A model generated the notes under the pieces. The model had not been told where the DNA came from. It worked only from the letters and a program-made list of their open reading frames with translations, and did not search any database. DNA of 64,000 bases. It comes from Podarcis bocagei. Its lineage: Eukaryota. The DNA lies in the NCBI GenBank assembly GCA_964188305.1, contig OZ076886.1; one strand, given 5' to 3'. Within the stretch, counting starts at the first letter, position 1; the number at the start of each line of letters is the position of its first letter. Shown piece by piece: positions 24,266 through 35,799 of this stretch. The translations under genes were made by a program, and so were the position numbers.

Positions 24266-27200
24266 ATACCTCCCTATACCCACAGGTCTCAGGGAGGCAA
24301 TTTCTATTATTCCCGCTTCCTTCTGCAGCCGTTGCCCCCAATATTATGTAATGTGGTCCAGTGTTTTGTTGACTCTCAGGAAGCATTATCCAGTGTTAAC
24401 AATTTTCAAGTCTGTCCTCTTCATATAGAGGTGAGATGGGCATGTGCATAGCTTAGTTTATGCAAGGCTGTGACCAGTAGGGAGAGAAGAATGCCACAGC
24501 AGACCATATTGCTCCAAGATAAACAAGTATTTTAATGTAGTAATTAGCTCACATATTGCAAGATAAGAAAAAGGCATCTGAGTTACTCCAAAACAATTGG
24601 GAGTTAAAATTTTATTCGATTGAATCAAATTAAACTCAAATATATGTCAATATTGTTGGAAAGTGGACATCCATTATATTCTGAATTTAAATAAAATAGG
24701 CTTCATATTACATCAATAAATGAAGAAAGTGCTATAAAACTCTATGAGTATTTCCCCCCCTGCAAGATCAGTTTTCCATAATAATTTTTTTTCTCCTAAA
24801 AGACTTTGTTGGGGTTGGTTTAGCAGTTACCAAATTTGGGAGAATGGCATCATTTTTATGAAACTGGAAGGGATCCTGACATATTCCTTTTTCAAGAGGT
24901 CTTTGGCAACAAAGTGGCAGCAGTTACAACAAATTAACATCAAACAATAAAAATGTCATAAACATGTAGCATACATAATAAATCCAACCAAGTCTAAAAG
25001 TCTCACAGATAAAAATGAGTAACAACTACTGTCTCTTTAAAAAATCAGCTTCTCAAAACATTGCTCTCATTACTGCTGCACATTTTGCCTCTTAAATCAG
25101 AAGTATAAATGAAGTGACATTTACATGAATGCAGCAGTATTTACTTACTAATTTCTCAGCTCCTCTTGCTCCCCCCCCATCCTTGCCCAACAAAGGAAAC
25201 TTTTATAATTATTTTGGAGGTCTTAAATATATTTTTGGTGCTTTTACAGATGTTCACACTGTGCATTTAGCTACACAAAACTAGTATCCCTGAACTGTCA
25301 GGCCAAAAATACCACAGAACTTAATAGCAAGTCTCACTCAATAATTTATTGGCTGGCTGCATTAATTTCCTGCATCTGATCTGTTTCTAATTCTAAGTGT
25401 TGAATTTAGAATCTGGAGCCAAGTAGTATTAAAAAGGATTTCAGTATTTGTGGACCTCCATTTTAAAGAAAATATAAGATCATCCCCCCCCCCAAAGCAA
25501 ATCAGTGAGATATGAGTTAATTCAGTATATGTTCACTTGCAGAAAAATTTCAAACCGGGCTGCTTATTGGAAAGTTCTACTGAATTCAATGGAATTTACT
25601 TCCAAAGAAACATACAATTGACCTATTAAAAAATGTATCTGGGCAAATATGTATATTTGCCTGTCTAGTTTGCCCAGAAATTTGTTATCTAGCATATCGA
25701 ACAAAGCTTCAAAAGGATAACAACTAGAATCTTCCAGCATTTGTATAAAAGTAGCAAGTGCTGTCCTTGACAATGAAGCAACTCCAGAATAAGTAAAATA
25801 ACACATGAATATATGCTAGTAACTGAAAAGCATTAAATAACAATTAAAACTGCGTAAGTAAATATATATTTCCTAGAATGTTGACAACAGATTGCATTTT
25901 TTAAGAATGGCAGCTTAAATAAATAAATAAAAATCCATACATCTGAAAGAGCATAAAGAGAAAACCGTAAATTACATACTAAGTCCAGCTGTTAAATGTT
26001 GGCATTTGGTCTTTTTCTTCTTCTTTTTTTAAACAACAACAAAAAAAAAGTTTCAAATCTGTTTCCTTAAACCAAGGAAATGTGGAAAAAGGCCATCCTG
26101 CCAGTGGAAACATTCAAAAGCAGAAAGCTCATGCTGCGGTTTCTTGCCGAGGCAGCAAACTTTTCTAAAAGGGAAGTTACTGCCAACTCAAATACTGTTT
26201 GCTTTCACACCCAAGAACAAACTGTGTGCATGGTGAAGGCTTCCTGAGGGCTCAGTGCAGCTGGACCATGCTGAATAAAGGTAACTAATGTCACAGCTAC
26301 TGTAAACTTGTTCTCATTTTTCTATCAGCAACTTAGCATCAATGGAAACAAGAGCATTATTCTCAGAGCCCTTTCCCCTTCCACAAAGGAGTCAAGTCTA
26401 TCGGTTGGAGACAAACTTTTTTCTAAAGCAAGGCTAAAATGAAACACAACCAAAGGATACGACTAGAGCATAGGTTTAATTGCATGGGCAGGTCAAGCTC
26501 TGATTCACCTCTGCAGAGCGATGAATTTTGGTATCTGAATGCAAAGTGTAACTGTAACTTTCCTAAGCAGGAAATGCAAAGGGAGGGTTTCATTGCAACC
26601 TTCCAAATTAAAAGCCAGACAACACTGCCAAAACAAACATAATTACTGGGAGGGTTCAGCTCTGTGAAAGAACTGGCTCAATGTCCCATTACCACCATTT
26701 TATATGGTATACTCAATCTGAGCCAGAATAATGAGTTCTTTACTCACTTGAGTAATCAAACTAAAGCCAATGGGACTCACTACTGTAAGCAAAAAGGCAA
26801 CAGCAATCTGCAGACATCTTGCAAACTATTCCATTGCCTAAGAGATGGAACAGCATCTAGCAAAAGGAAATACAATCTCTCTAAAAAATACAGATGCAAC
26901 ATACATATTAGAAAGAATGTACCACAAAAGCAAAATTAAGATATGAATTACTTTTTTTGAAACAAATTGTTTTCCTCTAAAAGAAGCATTTGGAAATCAG
27001 ACTGTAATATCAATCAAACATAGTAGTAGCTTTATCTATTAATTCACTCTGAAATCAATAGTTAAGTTATTTGGAAATACAATGTAGGCAAGAATGAATG
27101 AAAAGATCCCTACATCTAAGGAAGAAGAAGAAAAAACCTTAAATGTTATCAAATCCTGCCTTTCCTTTCCTAGCCAGCTGGCGCAACCAGAATCAAACAC

Positions 27201-27942
27201 AGTTAATCATTTTAAGGAAGAATCCTTTTCAAAGAAGAAAATCACACTGTTTATTCCAACATTCCTACTCAATGTTATTTTTTTTTCTAATGTACTATTC
27301 CCTAGCACAAAATACTAAAACGGTATGAGACATAAATATATGTTTATGAAGGAAACTACAAATCTGCAGAAATGACAAATTATAATATGCATCTGACTAT
27401 CTTACATATGTGCTCAAACAAGGCTCTATACATTTACAGTGCTACCTAGTCTGATTACATACGCTCAAGAACAGCCTTGACAAGTTAGCAGCCTACTGGT
27501 TTCCAAGTGCTATTAACGTAATTTTTTAAAGTTACAGTTTACATAGTCAGATTAAAGCATGTCAAACGAAGCATTTAGAAGCAATCATCTCTCCTTCTGA
27601 ATCACAAAGAACGGGGTGGGGGTGGGGGAATCCCTATGATTCCTTGAAGACTATATAGAGTCATTCAGAAATTATGTCTTCTCCAGTGCGTCTCTAATGA
27701 CTGGTACTGTGTTGTTTATTTCTTTCATCACTTCCTACCTGGTCTGGTTGCTGGTGAAAAACCAACCAGGAAGCCACAGGCACACACTTCAGTCTCTTGC
27801 TTTTTCAGGCCACAATTCTCCAATGTTAGGTAGCTGCCAATGTCCTTGCAAGCCAACGGAAAACAGGCCACAAGGTTCAAGTTAACTGCAGAGTGTTACT
27901 ACACTGAACATCTGGTCATGAATGAATGGATTGCCCACTAAC

Positions 27943-28114
27943 NNNNNNNNNNNNNNNNNNNNNNNNNNNNNNNNNNNNNNNNNNNNNNNNNNNNNNNNNN
28001 NNNNNNNNNNNNNNNNNNNNNNNNNNNNNNNNNNNNNNNNNNNNNNNNNNNNNNNNNNNNNNNNNNNNNNNNNNNNNNNNNNNNNNNNNNNNNNNNNNNN
28101 NNNNNNNNNNNNNN
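27943..28114. other. Assembly gap (172 N)
   Basis: Run of N. Confidence 1.
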
Positions 28115-28307
28115 ACCTCGTGTTGGATCATGATACTTTTGCTACATTTGTCCTTGAAAACTTAGCCCTACCTTTGTGGCAGCAGTTAAACAAAGTGACA
28201 GCGATGCTTCTTTACAGTTGCCTTTAGCACCACAAGGCAGGAGAATAAACATCAGAATAGAAAAATATTGTACAGCCGATTGTCAATCAGCGTGACAAAA
28301 GTTCGTA

Positions 28308-28380
<73 letters not shown>
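28308..28380. repeat. Compound (TAG)n(TAA)n microsatellite
   Basis: Direct reading. Confidence 0.95.
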
Positions 28381-28381
<1 letters not shown>

Positions 28382-30278
28382 TCTGTTAGATTCCAGGTAT
28401 ATATATAAAAAAAGCTCAGTGACAAGTAGTATAGTCACAAGATTGAAACATGATTTTTCTTGCCCCCTTTTTTTCTACAATTCCAGTGCCAAATCCCAGT
28501 AATCTTCACCCTGGTAAATGAAAATCAACTTTCCTTTTAATATTGTAGAGCCAGGATTAGAATATTGGAATGTTTTGCTGAGCATCAGACCACCTTGAGC
28601 ACAATCAATATCTGTATTACATGATATGCTTTATTAAGCTAAATCACTCAAAATCTTGGAAAGCAGCGCTACTGTTAATTTCAGCAGGGAAAAATAACAG
28701 CCCACAAAAACGTAAAATATTTTAAAGAAATTACCTTCTTGATAGGGTAATAATAATAAGCCATATACTGTTCTCTTTCTCTCCCCCTCTCTCTCTTTTT
28801 AAAGGAAGTGGTAAACTTAAGTCATGCTAAATTTAGTCTATTATCTATGCAGCATAAATTTCACTTCTGTGTATAAATGATAACTTGCATATTTCTCCAT
28901 GGTAACTAAACTATGATTAAAACAACAGTGAAACCAGCCTTCAAAACCACCTGTTTAACTAGGAACAATCTAATTTACAAAAATACTTAAACTTCAGACA
29001 TGTCATAAGAATCTAAATCACATTTTCCCCCAGTTGAAAGCTCTCTTTTCCATGATCATATAATTGTAAAATACTTGGCTTTGGTTGGTAATCATTCTTC
29101 TTTTAAAATAGTGTAATTTCTCCACACATTGTTCAGCCTAACACAAGTGGTATTTAAGATTATAAAGAATAAGACTCTAATAACCCTTTCCAAAAAGGAA
29201 GTTATTTTGTGCCTTTGAAAGGATTAATTTACCTAGAATGTATCTTTTTCTTTTTTTTTACAAAATGGCACAAATGAAAGAAATGGGGGGAAACATGCCG
29301 AAACTAAAATTCTCATTAGATATGGTAAGACACCTTTAAAAACCATATTTCTCTCGAGATATCCTTGCAATTTACTAATGAAGAAATTGACTGTTTTTAT
29401 GGGTCAAATTAAAGAAATAATTAGAATATAGCCAAGGATATCAAAAAAGTAGGTCTAAGCAGTATTTTCTTATTTAATTATAAAGCATAAAAGCAGATTT
29501 AAATATGAATTATTCTAGCCACAGAATTAAATATACCATTTAAATGCTGAAACCCCTTTTAGTAAAAATAAAATCATATGTCACGTATGGTATGAAGCAT
29601 ATGAATCATATTCACGACACATACCTCAAGAGGTCTCACAGAAAATGCGAATGAAATTTAAAAACTGATCACCATGCTTTGGTCATTTTCACATCATATC
29701 ATATCTATAGCCAACCGTCCAGTATTTAAGTGACACTGACTCTAGCAGTAGTATGGCAATGGTTGTTAAATATAATTCAACATGACTGAAAAATATTTGT
29801 TTGTTTTTAGAAGTGTGGTAGTTTGGGCTTTCCTACAGAATTGTAGCCATTTTCCAGAGAAGTTGTGACTCCTTTCCTGAATGCTTTCGCTATTTGCCTT
29901 GAGTTGGGCACGCAGAAAGGTGCCAACCTTCCCGCTCCCTGTCACTGCAGTGAAGGAAACCATGTGCACCACTGCTTGTTTTGTTTGTTCCATGGATCTT
30001 TATGACAATCCTACATTTTTTCCCCCAATCTGTAGGCTTACTTACTATAATCCCCTTTCTTTTGAACTGATTGCCCCTGGGCCAAGTACAAAGTAAGCAG
30101 TGCCAGCTGAAATAATTTTGCTTTGACTTAGGCTGAAACCCTAAACATACTCACTACGAAGCAAGTCCCACTGGCAGTCATATTTGGGAAGACACCAGCA
30201 TAGTTTTGTAGATTGGTGGACGGCTGAAGAATCCTTACTACAAGGCAATGGGATTACTTGGTGGTGCAAAAGTAAGTA

Positions 30279-31147
30279 CCGTATTTTTCTGTGTATAAGA
30301 CGGTATTTCCCCCCAAATTTTTTAAGTTTAAAATTGGGGGTCATATACACGGAATGTTGCAATTAAACATATAAATAAATACATGCCACCATCCATGTTC
30401 TTTCCCCCCAGCCTCCCATCACTACAGTGGTACCTTGGTTTAAGAACAGCTTAGTTTATGAACAACTTGGATTAAGAACGCTGCAAACCCAGAAGTCGGT
30501 GTTTTGGTTTGTGAACTTTGCTTTGGAAGCAGAACATGTTTTGCTTCTTGTTGAGTGTGTTGCATTTGTAAACTGAGTCCCCCGCTGCTATGGAAAGCAC
30601 GCCTTGTTTTAAGAACAGACTTCCGGAACAGATTAAGTTTGGAAACCAAGGTACCACTTTATTGGCCTCATGGCAAACCCTGGTCTGGTACTCCCCCCCC
30701 CAGCAGCCCCCACTCCGGACACTGTCCCTTCCACCTGGTTCCCTCAGCTGCCCCTGGCGACCCAGACCCCCCCCTTCCCCAAGCGCACTCATTCAGGTAG
30801 CTCTGGCAGTCGCAGCTCCTACATCAGCATTTGCATCTGCCGGCGCTCGTGGAGTAAATACGGTACATACTGTAAATACTGAGACAAAAGTGCAACACAC
30901 AAGCGGGAGAGCTGGAGCTGCAACTACAGTGAAGTTACACTGAGCTGACAGGAGCAGCTGCCATTACACAGCTTGCCTCGCTGTTTGATGTTTAAATATA
31001 CGGCACTAAATATACCAGTGTTTTGAATATTTAATAAAATATCAAAGTTGTCCTGTTTGGTGTTTAAAGTATTTATTACTTAATTTTGGGCTCAGAAAAT
31101 AGGGGTCATCTGATACATGGGGGCGTCTTATGCACGGAAAAATACGG
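30279..31147. mobile_element. Non-autonomous Tc1/mariner element with CCGTA (Tc2-type) TIRs, containing a nested MITE
   Basis: TA|CCGTATTTTTCTGTGTATAAGACG...CGTCTTATGCACGGAAAAATACGG|TA. Confidence 0.9.
30425..30659. mobile_element. Tigger/pogo-type MITE nested in the CCGTA element
   Basis: TA|CAGTGGTACCTTGGTTT...AAACCAAGGTACCACT(t)|TA. Confidence 0.92.
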
Positions 31148-32580
31148 TATTTGTTTACACATTTTACAGCCATCGCTTCTGTGCATTTTTCATGGAAATC
31201 TGCATGCTCCCTTTCACAGTTGTAACTTGTATACCTTAGTGTGGAAATAGCAAGTTTTCCTCCCATGATATGAAACAAGTTTCATACCATGCATTCTACA
31301 ATACATATAGGCAAGTTGAACAATGGATCAACCTTCACTTTCCATTTTTAAAACAGTTGTAAAAAACAAACACAAAACCAGCAAACCCTGGGGATTGAGG
31401 GAGTAGGTACGTTAGTGATTACCATGGGCTCTAACCAACAGGGGCAACCAACAACCAACTTTCATTGTCTTGAAAAGAACACATACCCCAGGCTGCAACC
31501 AGGGCATGAAACCGTGTGTGGGTTTAGGAAAGCAAAGGAACTTTCAAACCACCTCTACCACACTTTTTCCCATTGGTATTGTCCCCTGGAATATGTCTCC
31601 TATGATAAAATAAAATAAAATGGGGAGACTATATTGGCCCACTACACTTTTCAGCAGCATGGTTCTAAGGAAAGAATAGCATTTTTACCATAGATTCACT
31701 TTTATGATAGGATTCCAAACATCAGATTGTCAGAAATAACTCCTAAATAGAATGTAACAGAAAGCAATTAAACCTACCAAACTAATATGTAAACAAAACT
31801 GTATCAAAATTGTCTGTTAGCTAAAACCCACCCACCCCCAATGTTCAAACTAAATTCAAATGATGACATTTAGGAAGTTTTGCCATTTCCAGATTCAGGG
31901 CATCAGAAGATATTCTGAGCAAATACCCATTGAAGTGAATGAACAACAGTAGCTAGTGCAAAAGCACAATAGCTTGCACAGCTCCTTCATTCAAACGGAG
32001 GATGTGCAGGGTAACTTCTTCATAGACTGTGCCCTTAACCATTATGGTTCAATTCCCTGATCCCCCTTGCGACTGGCATAAGCACATTCAGAAATCAATC
32101 ACTTGGGAAGCAGATGTAACCCTGTTACACTAATTAAACTTTGTTTTGCATCAGAGTCCTGCATTTACGGTGTGTGTACAGTATGTAAATTATACAAATT
32201 ACAAGAAAAGTTGATTAGCGTAATTCAAATCTCAGTGCAGTTACTAAATTTAACAATGAATACAAATTATACTCAATCAGTTCATTGCTACAGGGTAACT
32301 GTACAACGTGCATCACAAGATTCAAAGAAGCATGAGCTAGAAACCAAAGAAGATGCGTGATAAATGAGTTAGTGATGATCTGCTCCCAAAGGATTTAAAG
32401 GTAGATTCAGTAAGGTGTTGTTTTTTTTAATCCTGATTTTTGGAACTGTTTACATCTGTCAAATGCAATACAAATAGAAATCTTAAGTTTTACACTGAAC
32501 CATTCTTTAACCATAAAGTTACATAGGCATTTGGACCGAGGGTTATATCCAATACTAGCCCCACTCAGAGCAGGTCATTA

Positions 32581-32720
32581 ATAGAACTGTAGAACTGGAA
32601 GGGACCACGAGGGTCATCAAGTCCAATCTCCTGCAATGCAGGAATTTACTACCCAACATGGGGCTCATATCCACAACCCTAAGATTAAGATTCTCATGCT
32701 CTACCAACTGAGCTACCCTG
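32581..32720 (-). mobile_element. tRNA-Lys(CUU)-derived SINE with CR1-type 3' tail
   Basis: Minus strand TAGCTCAGTTGGTAGAGCATGAGAATCTTAATCTTAGGGTTGTGGATATGAGCCCCATGTTGGG follows tRNA-Lys(CTT). It is followed by GATTGGACTTGATGACCCTCGTGGTCCCTTCCAGTTCTACAGTTCTAT, a CR1 3' end. Possible TSD AGGTCA; the B box is mutated. Confidence 0.88.
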
Positions 32721-33415
32721 AGGTCAACTGAGCATGACTAATTTAGGTCCATTAATTTCAATGGGTACACTCTAAGTAGAAATAACATTGGCTACAACCC
32801 ATATACTTTATAAGGTACCAGCTCTTTCTGTTGAACGTGGTTGCTTGTCTATGGACATGATGAGCACTTATTACTTGGGGTCAAACTACATGCAGAATTA
32901 ATTATCTTTGCCCAAGAATGCAAGATTCTGAGTGCAGGATTTTATCAGAAAAAGCCAATATGAGGCCCCAGATCTAGATCTGAAGCCTAGATTCAGTGTA
33001 GGGAAGGGGGCTTTAACGCTTTGCCCACATTCTCCTGGCTGTGGTCTCAAAATTACCTGGGCACTAGGGGTGGGGAGAAGGATGTGTTTGTAATTTGCGT
33101 GGGAACAAAACTCCCACCCCAATGAGAGCTTCCCTCCCATGCAAATTTCAGGTGCAAGCGGCCTGATCCAGATTAGGACTATAGCGATAGGGGGTGGCCA
33201 AAGCTCACCTGAGAGCTATGTTAGTATCAACAGTAAGAACAAAGGTTAGCCCCATGAAGTGCCAGACATGTATAAGAGAAATATTTTCCACTTTGGATCT
33301 ACCTCAAACTATGCCTTCCATAGCACTGAGCCAATGACACAAACAGTTCACCATCTCCAGGCACAACCAATGACACTCCTGCAGAAAATCTCAATGACTG
33401 AACTGAGACATAAGG

Positions 33416-33615
33416 GTTTGTTTGTTTGTTGGATTCTATTTTTATCCCACTTTTTTCCTCGAAGATGCTCAGGTACATGGTTCTCCCCCTCCTCATTTAT
33501 TCCCCCAAACAATCCGGTGAGGCAGGTTAAGCTGAGAGGCCGTGACTGGCCCAAGGTCACCTAGTGAGCTTCATGGCTGAGTGGGGATTTGAACCCTGTT
33601 CTCCCAGGTCCTAGT
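33416..33615 (-). mobile_element. Squam3/MIR-like CORE SINE
   Basis: Minus strand: gggttcaaatccccactcagccatgaagctcactaggtgaccttgggccagtcac...ctcagcttaacctgcctcac...gggataaaaat. Confidence 0.8.
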
Positions 33616-33850
33616 TAATACAAGGACCTTGAACTTAGCGCAGTAGCATATGTGCAGCCCAGTGTTACATGCCTGCCATGTGTCCCCATGTGCTACCACA
33701 TTCTGCACCAGCTGGAGCTTCCGAATCAGGCCGAAGGGCAGAGCCAGACAGAGCACACTGCAGTAATCCAGCTTCAAGGTCACAAATGCATGGGCTAGAG
33801 TGGTCAAGCTATCTCTGACCAGGAACAACCATAGGTGGCAAACTAGACAA
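33616..33850 (-). mobile_element. L2 LINE ORF2 fragment
   Basis: LTTLAHAFVTLKLDYCSVLCLALPFGLIRKLQLVQNVVAH...AKFKVLVLT matches the L2 motif HALVTSRLDYCN...KLQLVQNAAAR. Confidence 0.85.
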
Positions 33851-34147
33851 AGCTGGTAAGATACTCCTAGCCTCAGAGGATATGAAGCTGATTGGCAGTC
33901 TTGTACGATCCCATAAGTGTTGCATGAGGAGAAAGAACTTAACAGGAAACAAGAAGAGAGTTACATGGGTCAAATACTCTAGAAGGGGGGAAAACCCCTA
34001 TTTCCAAAAATTACTGAACATACTGTAAGATTGCAAAAAGTGGTCTTTTATTTATGTTTTGCTTTCCAATCCCTTTCTGATTTCCTCCCCTTATCAGAGG
34101 TAACAGAACACCATGAACACTGAATGAGAACCTTCCACTTGTTTACT

Positions 34148-34350
34148 TTGTCACATCTTTATTCCACGTTTCAACCAAGACACTCATGGTAGCTTGCACC
34201 GAGTTATCTTCATTTTATCCTCTCAGCAACACAGAGGAGTAAATTAGGCGGAAGAAACAGTTATTTGCCCAGGGCCACCCAGTGAGCTCTGATTTGAACC
34301 TGGGTTTTCTCCATCAAAATCCCGCACTATCATCACTGCACCTCACCAGC
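34148..34350 (-). mobile_element. Decayed MIR/Squam3-like SINE
   Basis: cattttatcctc..caac...ttgcccagggccacccagtgagc...gatttgaacctggg parallels the 33416 copy. Confidence 0.65.
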
Positions 34351-35579
34351 TTCCTCACATCAGAATTTTTTTCAAGACATGATAGAAAAGACATTCACAG
34401 TCCAACAGACCTCAACAATGTGTTATTATTTTCCTCTTTAACACTTTCTCACACTATTTAAATTTGAACATGAATTTGTACACAACAATAAAACAACCAA
34501 CTAGTTTGTCATGCTCCTGTGAGCAACCGTATCACTCACACCAAGAACCACTGCTTATAATGTTCAGATATTTCATTCCTATTTCACATCACTCAATTAA
34601 GTCTTTCTGTATAAAAAAGCTTTTAACAACCACATCTGGTCTTTAATAAATCACTGCACTTTGTCTTCCTGCCAAAACTCCTCCTTTATCTAACTTACAT
34701 CTTCATGAGGAGATAGGAAATCACACATTATGGTGGTGACAAACAATTGTAATTATGTCATTAGTAGCCATTTAGACTACAAAGGTTCTCAAAAAGGAAA
34801 TATAATGAACAATAAGAAATATAGGATAATACATTGATCACAGTTCTAATCCGCTTTTTACTTCACAAGTGTAAAAAGCTGGCATAATTCATGGGCACAG
34901 CAGGCAGTAATAGTACACCACTTTATGAACTATGCAGCTATTTTATTCCCCTATCTACTTAAAAATAAAAAAAGCTTTTAATAGCTTGATTTAGACATAA
35001 AAGTTATTTATGATGCTTCGTTGATTATAATATTTACTTCTTGAACTTTCTATAGAAGCATTTCTTTCTGAGATACGAATACAAACTATATTATCAAATA
35101 CCTCTTAGTAAAGAACAGCTTTGCTGCTAAAAGTAAGTGTAGGAGAAATGTCAGGATAGCCAAAGAATTAAAAAAAATGCCCTCTATCATGTAGTAAGAA
35201 AATAAGCAGGCCATAGGCAACTGGTGGTTCATGGTTCTGAAATTTTAAATCTTTCTTTTACTAGGGATCTGCCAAATCCAACAGGGCCAAAAGACCAGTT
35301 TACACAAAATATTCCATTCCCCTGCAGCTCGTATGCTTAATCACAAGGGGAAACAGTCTGTCAATCAGGATGTATACAGAGGCAGATCAGAGCCATTTCC
35401 CAAATCACCGCTACACCTTTTCCGAGCTCCCACGGTAACAGAATTCACAGCTATTTCAAACCCCTTCCCTCTTGGCAATCCTAGATTATCACAATTACAT
35501 CTCCAAGCTCTGTCTTGGTCAAAGAGTTCCTGCAGCTGATCAAGTATATGGGAGTTGATCACATTAATTGACCCTTAGT

Positions 35580-35799
35580 AGATCAAACCTCTCCATTCTT
35601 AAGAAAACAGCCCCGAATGCTCACTGGAAGGACAGATCCTGAAGCTGAGGCTCCAATACTTTGGCCACCTCATGAGAAGAGAAGACTCCCTGGAAAAGAC
35701 CCTGATGCTGGGAAAGATTGAGGGCACAAGGAGAAGGGGATGACAGAGGATGAGATGGTTGGACAGTGTTCTCGAAGCTACCAATGTGAGTTTGACCAA
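35580..35799 (+). mobile_element. Bov-B (RTE) internal ORF fragment
   Basis: SPECSLEGQILKLRLQYFGHLMRREDSLEKTLMLGKIEGTRRRG*QRMRWLDSVLEATNVSLT; it lacks the 3' terminus. Confidence 0.93.

Noticed and set aside
24147-24428. Poly-Leu 'signal peptide' ORF
   Set aside because: It is a translation of the (TTA)n microsatellite.
27916-28227. ORFs spanning poly-X
   Set aside because: Artefacts of the N gap.
32640-32720. Functional tRNA-Lys gene
   Set aside because: The T-loop/B box is mutated, the acceptor stem is broken, and it is fused to a CR1 tail, so it is a SINE.
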